This document shows, piece after piece, positions 23,825-28,614 of a stretch of DNA of 28,614 bases. Made by a program: the position numbers and the translations under genes. The stretch is taken from IMG/VR virus record IMGVR_UViG_3300042568_000774; one strand, 5' to 3'. The notes under the pieces were generated by a model. That model saw only the letters and a program-made list of their open reading frames with translations, made no database searches and was not told the DNA's origin. This DNA comes from a virus. Lineage: Duplodnaviria > Heunggongvirae > Uroviricota > Caudoviricetes. Within the stretch, counting starts at the first letter, position 1. Each line of letters starts with the position of its first letter.

Positions 23825-24570
23825 TATTCTTTGTTTAATTGTTCAATAATATATTGAATACCTTTTTCAGTTAATTTATAACCATCCGGAAATTCTCCGT
23901 GACCATTATCCGTCATTCGTAAATGGAGGGGGTTAATTAAACTTAAACCTTGTAGAACTTTATGTTGAAGGATTACTCTTTTAACTCCTTCTCTTTTCTC
24001 ATCATTAAAGACATCTTCAAATTTGATTTCTCGGGATTCATCATATAACCCCAATTCTTCATCAGATTTCATCATATCAATTAGATGTTGTTTTTGTTCT
24101 TCTTTTGTTGTGATTATTTTGTATTTCCAAACACATTTAGAATGATTCTGACCTAAATCATTTGGGTCAACTTGTCTTCCCATAGGGTTAAAGAGTCCAT
24201 AAACAACCTCAACTTTAATACAAGTTGGATTCTCCACAAACCATTGAAGGAAATCCTCACCAATCGGATGAACACCATCTTTAATCAATTCCGGGTCAGT
24301 CGTCATAAGGATTTTCTTCCAATCTCTTCTATCAACCAAACCTTGAGCATTAACCAACTTTGGGGTTGCTTTAATCACCTCAATTCCATCGGTAATATAT
24401 TCGTCTCTAACAAATTTACTATCAGTAGTAATATACATATACTCATTGGAACACTTGGTACATTCGTTACTATTGGGTGTTGATATATTATCAAACCTCA
24501 ATTTATTGGAATCCAAGTCCCTCCACAATCTACTCTCATTTGGAGTGGGTATTAAAAATATATTTTTCAT
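23824..24570 (-). CDS. Hypothetical phage protein
   Basis: 248-aa ORF beginning MKNIFLIPT..SRLW. Confidence 0.8.
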   Translation of the reverse strand: MKNIFLIPTPNESRLWRDLDSNKLRFDNISTPNSNECTKCSNEYMYITTDSKFVRDEYITDGIEVIKATPKLVNAQGLVDRRDWKKILMTTDPELIKDGVHPIGEDFLQWFVENPTCIKVEVVYGLFNPMGRQVDPNDLGQNHSKCVWKYKIITTKEEQKQHLIDMMKSDEELGLYDESREIKFEDVFNDEKREGVKRVILQHKVLQGLSLINPLHLRMTDNGHGEFPDGYKLTEKGIQYIIEQLNKE

Positions 24571-24574
24571 AATC

Positions 24575-24748
24575 TTATTTTTTTGATTCTTCCAAATAAA
24601 TCATATATTCATCTTCAGAGTATTTCCCGGAAAGTTTTCCCGCCTCATAACCAATCTGAAAATTATTATACAAATGTTCACATCCAATACGCTCCACAAT
24701 CATCTGCGTGGATTTGTTTTTTACAACGATAAATTTTGATTTTGCCAT
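24575..24748 (-). CDS. 57-aa small ORF (MAKSKFIVVKNKST...)
   Basis: Translated by hand; TATCTTTG box at 24765-24772; first gene of the operon. Confidence 0.6.
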   Translation of the reverse strand: MAKSKFIVVKNKSTQMIVERIGCEHLYNNFQIGYEAGKLSGKYSEDEYMIYLEESKK

Positions 24749-24775
24749 ATAAATTTATTTTAGACAAAGATAAAC

Positions 24776-24806
24776 AAAAAATCCCAATAAAAAAATTATT
24801 GGGATT
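24776..24806 (-). terminator. Intrinsic terminator after dnaK
   Basis: AATCCCAATAA/TTATTGGGATT 11-bp stem with a minus-strand T-tract. Confidence 0.7.
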
Positions 24807-24828
24807 AAAAAAACATTATTGTAAAATG

Positions 24829-26685
24829 TTATTCAGATTTAACTTCTTCAAATTCAACATCTGAAGCATTTATATCTGTTTCACTTTCATTTACACTATT
24901 GTATAAATCCTGAGTGATGGTTTGGAACTTTTGGGTTAGTTCTTCCATAAGTGTTTTACAACTTTCAACATCTTTATTAGAATGTGATTCTTTCAATTTA
25001 TCAAGAATAGTTGTTATTTCTGTTTTTTGTTCTTCAGAAATCTTATCCTCTAAATCAGTTAAAGATTTACTTGTTTGGAAAATTAAATTGTCCGCCGAGT
25101 TTAATGTGTCAACATCTTCTCTAACTTTTTTGTCCGCCTCAGCATTTTCTTCAGCTTCAGCCTTCATTTTCTCAATCTCTTCTTTAGATAAACCTGAAGA
25201 AGCCTCAATTCTAATTGATTGTGTTTTGTTTGTGGCTTTATCAACCGCAGAAACATTAATAATACCATTCGCATCAATATCAAAGACCACTTCAATTTGT
25301 GGAACTCCTCTCATTGCTGGTGGTAATCCATCTAAATGGAATCTACCAATTGTTCTGTTGTCTTTCGCCATTGGTCTCTCTCCTTGTAAGACGTGGATTT
25401 CAACTGAAGGTTGGTTATCAACAGCTGTTGAGAATACCTGTGATTTTTTGGTTGGGATTGTTGTGTTTGCTTCAATTAAACGAGTCAATACACCACCCAT
25501 TGTTTCAATACCCAAAGATAATGGTGTTACGTCTAATAACAACACGTCTTTTACATCACCAGCTAATACTCCCCCTTGAATAGCGGCCCCTAAAGCAACT
25601 ACCTCATCCGGATTCACACCTTTTGATGGTTCTTTACCGAAGAACTCTTTTACCGCGTTTTGAATAGCAGGTATTCTTGTTGTACCACCAACTAAAATAA
25701 CCTCGTCAATATCACCAACTTTCAATTTAGCATTTTTCAACGCTGATTTACAAGGTGCGATAGTTCGTTTGATTAAGTCGTCAGCAAGTTGTTCAAACTT
25801 AGCTCTTGTTAAAGTTTTAACCAAGTGTTTTGGTCCGGTTGCGTCAGCAGTTAAATAAGGTAAGTTAATCTCGGTTTGAGATGATGAAGATAATTCAACC
25901 TTCGCTTTCTCAGCACCTTCTCTTAACCTTTGTAACGCCATCGCATCTTGAGAAATATCAATTCCATTCTCGTTTTTGAACTCCTCAACTAAATAATCAA
26001 TGATTACTCGGTCAAAGTCGTCCCCTCCTAAGTGTGTGTCACCATCGGTAGATAATACCTCAAATACACCACCACCTAAATCCAATACGGATACGTCGTG
26101 AGTTCCCCCACCGCAGTCAAATACTACGATTTTACTATCCCCTTTTTTGTCAAGACCATATGCAAGAGCCGCCGCGGTTGGTTCGTTGATAATACGACGA
26201 ACATTTAATCCGGCAATTTCACCCGCCTCTTTTGTAGCCTGACGTTGGGCATCGTTAAAGTAAGCCGGTACGGTAATAACCGCATCAGTTACTGATTCAC
26301 CTAAATAATCTTCAGCAGTTTGTTTCATCTTTTGTAAGATGATAGCCGATAATTCTTGTGGTGAATATTTTCTATCGTCAATTTCAACTCTTGGTTGAGA
26401 ACCTTCTTTTACAACAGAGTAAGGCACTTTCCCAATTTCAGTTTTACTTTCGTCATAGGTTGACCCCATAAAACGTTTGATAGAAGAAATGGTTTTAGTC
26501 GGATTGGTTACCGCTTGTCTTTTTGCTGGGTCACCAACTTTTCTTTCTGATTCGTTGATGAATCCAATGATTGAAGGTGTTGTTCTTTTTCCTTCTGAAT
26601 TTGCTATTACAACAGGTTCGTTACCCTCCATTACGGATACACACGAGTTAGTTGTTCCTAAGTCAATTCCAATAATTTTTCCCAT
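24829..26685 (-). CDS. dnaK: Hsp70 chaperone DnaK
   Basis: [61 protein letters not shown] and [14 protein letters not shown] motifs; 618 aa. Confidence 0.98.
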   Translation of the reverse strand: MGKIIGIDLGTTNSCVSVMEGNEPVVIANSEGKRTTPSIIGFINESERKVGDPAKRQAVTNPTKTISSIKRFMGSTYDESKTEIGKVPYSVVKEGSQPRVEIDDRKYSPQELSAIILQKMKQTAEDYLGESVTDAVITVPAYFNDAQRQATKEAGEIAGLNVRRIINEPTAAALAYGLDKKGDSKIVVFDCGGGTHDVSVLDLGGGVFEVLSTDGDTHLGGDDFDRVIIDYLVEEFKNENGIDISQDAMALQRLREGAEKAKVELSSSSQTEINLPYLTADATGPKHLVKTLTRAKFEQLADDLIKRTIAPCKSALKNAKLKVGDIDEVILVGGTTRIPAIQNAVKEFFGKEPSKGVNPDEVVALGAAIQGGVLAGDVKDVLLLDVTPLSLGIETMGGVLTRLIEANTTIPTKKSQVFSTAVDNQPSVEIHVLQGERPMAKDNRTIGRFHLDGLPPAMRGVPQIEVVFDIDANGIINVSAVDKATNKTQSIRIEASSGLSKEEIEKMKAEAEENAEADKKVREDVDTLNSADNLIFQTSKSLTDLEDKISEEQKTEITTILDKLKESHSNKDVESCKTLMEELTQKFQTITQDLYNSVNESETDINASDVEFEEVKSE

Positions 26686-26761
26686 AGTTTTAATAAGTTT
26701 TGTTTAAGTATATAATTTTATTTTCAATGTGTCAAGCACAACCCAAATATTATCAAAATTA

Positions 26762-26814
26762 TGCCAAAATAAAAAACCTGACATAATTACACGATAAACT
26801 GACAAATTGTCAGG
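26762..26814. promoter_or_regulatory. TG(A/C)CA repeats with inverted repeat CTGACA-AAT-TGTCAG
   Basis: TGCCA at 26762, CCTGACA at 26777, CTGACA at 26799 and TGTCAGG at 26808, in the dnaK divergent intergenic region. Confidence 0.5.
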
Positions 26815-26845
26815 TAAATAAAGTTGTGGTAGTCAAATAAAGTGT

Positions 26846-26853
26846 TATCTTTG
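26846..26853 (+). promoter_or_regulatory. TAnnTTTG box (TATCTTTG)
   Basis: 4 nt upstream of ATG 26858. Confidence 0.65.
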
Positions 26854-26857
26854 CCGT

Positions 26858-27235
26858 ATGAAATTATTTTTAGACGATAACAGACAACCTTACGATGTAT
26901 TTAAGAACACTATTGACCCAATTTATGAAAATAATAATGAATGGTCAATAGTAAAAAACTATGAAGAATTTGTGAACATCATATTAGAGTCAGGATTACC
27001 CGAAGTAATCTCATTTGACCACGATTTATCTCAAAACCATTATTTACCGGAAAATCAATCTAATATCGATTATAATACCATAAAAGATAAAACCGGTTAT
27101 GATGCGGCGTTATGGTTGGTTGGGTATTGTAGAATGAATAATGTTGAATTACCTACGATTAAGGTTCACTCGGCTAATCCTGAAGGTAAGAAGAATATTG
27201 AAAGAGTGTTACATCTCACTAACGAAAGCTCGTAA
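26858..27235 (+). CDS. Cyclic-phosphate processing receiver-domain protein (cREC-like)
   Basis: LFLDD.R, ISFDHDL, KTGYD and VHSANPEG motifs. Confidence 0.8.
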   Translation: MKLFLDDNRQPYDVFKNTIDPIYENNNEWSIVKNYEEFVNIILESGLPEVISFDHDLSQNHYLPENQSNIDYNTIKDKTGYDAALWLVGYCRMNNVELPTIKVHSANPEGKKNIERVLHLTNESS

Positions 27236-27790
27236 TTTAACCTTATCCCAATTTTTAAGGTCCTCACCATTATCACCAAGTTTCAATGTGGACATTACTC
27301 TATGCCATCCCTCAACCATTTCGTATTTACCATCTTTATGTTTGATTACGATTATTGGTTCGTTCTTACCCGTTGGGGTGGCTAGTTTTCTTTGAACATC
27401 CATTCTCTCTTTATCATTTTTCACCATATAAGCGTCGATATCACCAAAATTTCTTTCAATAAATGCGTTTATGGTATTTTCAGTAAAATCTTCAGGATTA
27501 ACCTCAATAATTCTTAATTTCCAATCACCATTTAAATAATCATAAATCATCTTACCCAAAAAAGGAATTGGGTCTCCGTGATATTGTGACATAATTGTTT
27601 TAAAACTTTCATCGTCACCACATAAAACATTAGTTGTGAATTCTTTTAAAATATATTCAGGTGCGTTTGGAAATTCTTTCTTAAGTCGATTATAAAATGA
27701 TTTACACACCGAAGACGTTGGTTTGAATAACGGAATTGATTGGATATCCTCCAATAATTTATATTGTCTTTCTGTTATTATAATTCTCAT
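27209..27790 (-). CDS. ParB/Sulfiredoxin-like domain protein with leader
   Basis: EPIIVIKHKDGKYEMVEGWHR resembles the ParB-N PI.V...DG.HR motif; MRIIITERQYKLLED leader. Confidence 0.65.
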   Translation of the reverse strand: MRIIITERQYKLLEDIQSIPLFKPTSSVCKSFYNRLKKEFPNAPEYILKEFTTNVLCGDDESFKTIMSQYHGDPIPFLGKMIYDYLNGDWKLRIIEVNPEDFTENTINAFIERNFGDIDAYMVKNDKERMDVQRKLATPTGKNEPIIVIKHKDGKYEMVEGWHRVMSTLKLGDNGEDLKNWDKVKLRAFVSEM

Positions 27791-27791
27791 A

Positions 27792-28613
27792 TTATTCAGG
27801 ATTTAACGAATATAATCTAATGAAATTTCTTCTTAACTTTTCACCCATCTTATTTATTGTCGGTTGGAAATATTTCATTAAATCCAAGATATTTTTGGTG
27901 TTCATTATTTTTTTATTCAAAGGATTGTTGTAACCCGTCTTTTTACTAAATTCATAGTAAGCAATAAAATACGTGTGAAGAGTTTCTAAAAGGGTGTTTT
28001 GCTCTTCTTGAGGTAAATCCTCAATAAGTTCCAAGATGTATTCATAATAATTGTTAGCATCAAAGTTAATCATACCTTGGCAATATTGCCAATATTTGGT
28101 AGTTTTAAATTGTTCAAACGGCATTCTTAATCTTTTACTATACGCTTCTTGAGACATCGCTCTTACTTCATAAGGTTCAGACATATACAATAAAGATAAA
28201 AATTGTTTCCACACAGAAAGGACTTCTTCATTTAATCCGGTGTCAAACATCTCAAAAGGTTTTTTCATAAATGATAATGTGGTATCCAAACCTTTTTCAC
28301 CTTTTAACGCTCTGTTGTAATACTCATACATGTGATTAAACTCATGTAATACCGCATCCCTAAAATCATACAACATCTCATTGATATCGTCAAAATCTTT
28401 GTTTAAAATAAATTGGAATTCAAAACTTGCAACTAATGACATGTGAATTTCATCGGAAAAGTTTTTAGGTAGGTATTTACTTGGTTCTTTTATGTAAGAA
28501 CCATTATCAATCATATCGGCGTAAGCTAAAACTTGGAATCCTTCAGGTATTGGATTTTCATCCAATCTCTCAAAAGAGAATTTAATAATAATCTCTTCAA
28601 TCGGAAGTTCAAT
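27792..28613 (-). CDS. HExxH zincin-like protein, 5' partial (runs off the window)
   Basis: LHEFNH plus downstream SEPYEVRA; the frame stays open upstream of the track's TTG to the window edge (IELPIEEIIIKFSFERLDENP). Confidence 0.75.
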   Translation of the reverse strand: MELPIEEIIIKFSFERLDENPIPEGFQVLAYADMIDNGSYIKEPSKYLPKNFSDEIHMSLVASFEFQFILNKDFDDINEMLYDFRDAVLHEFNHMYEYYNRALKGEKGLDTTLSFMKKPFEMFDTGLNEEVLSVWKQFLSLLYMSEPYEVRAMSQEAYSKRLRMPFEQFKTTKYWQYCQGMINFDANNYYEYILELIEDLPQEEQNTLLETLHTYFIAYYEFSKKTGYNNPLNKKIMNTKNILDLMKYFQPTINKMGEKLRRNFIRLYSLNPE

Positions 28614-28614
28614 A

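Noticed and set aside
24829-26685. Cellular chromosome origin based on dnaK and tRNAs
   Set aside because: No housekeeping synteny, no dnaJ or grpE, mostly small hypothetical genes, and an HNH gene inside the tRNA array. A phage origin fits better, although no hallmark structural gene is in the window.
8059-26707. Plus-strand ORFs antisense to real genes (e.g. 8059..8307, 9055..9432, 13590..14129, 15977..16342, 17290..17607, 24914..25579, 26477..26707)
   Set aside because: They are Ser/Leu/Phe-rich mirrors of the codon bias of the minus-strand genes and have no motifs or promoters.
1-28614. Stop-codon reassignment
   Set aside because: No suppressor tRNA among those seen, genes tile densely in code 11, and TAG (10512, 20722) and TGA (22734) act as stops next to coupled starts.

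Overview
AT-rich, gene-dense window that reads in standard code 11 and looks like part of a large tailed-phage (jumbo-like) genome. No capsid, terminase or portal gene is in the window, so phage origin is inferred from gene content and layout. Repeated TAnnTTTG boxes upstream of genes point to a Bacteroidota host. From left to right: (1) a minus-strand tRNA array (Ser, Gln, Cys, atypical CAT, Val, Tyr, Phe, long-variable-arm Asn, His, Arg, plus a probable truncated tRNA at the edge), interrupted by an HNH endonuclease and by several structured, pseudoknot-capable spacers that may be undescribed ncRNAs. (2) Six glycosyltransferase-like genes diverging from a palindromic putative late promoter. 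(3) A block of probable virion or ejection proteins sharing N-terminal [I/L]-x-E leaders and an RTATTTAT upstream motif. (4) Accessory genes: a lipoprotein, a hotdog thioesterase, two HExxH proteins, a basic microprotein and holin-like gene, HAD and cyclic-phosphate receiver RNA-repair-type proteins, dnaK with an upstream TGACA inverted repeat, and a ParB-like protein. All family assignments are motif recognition by eye; no searches were run.
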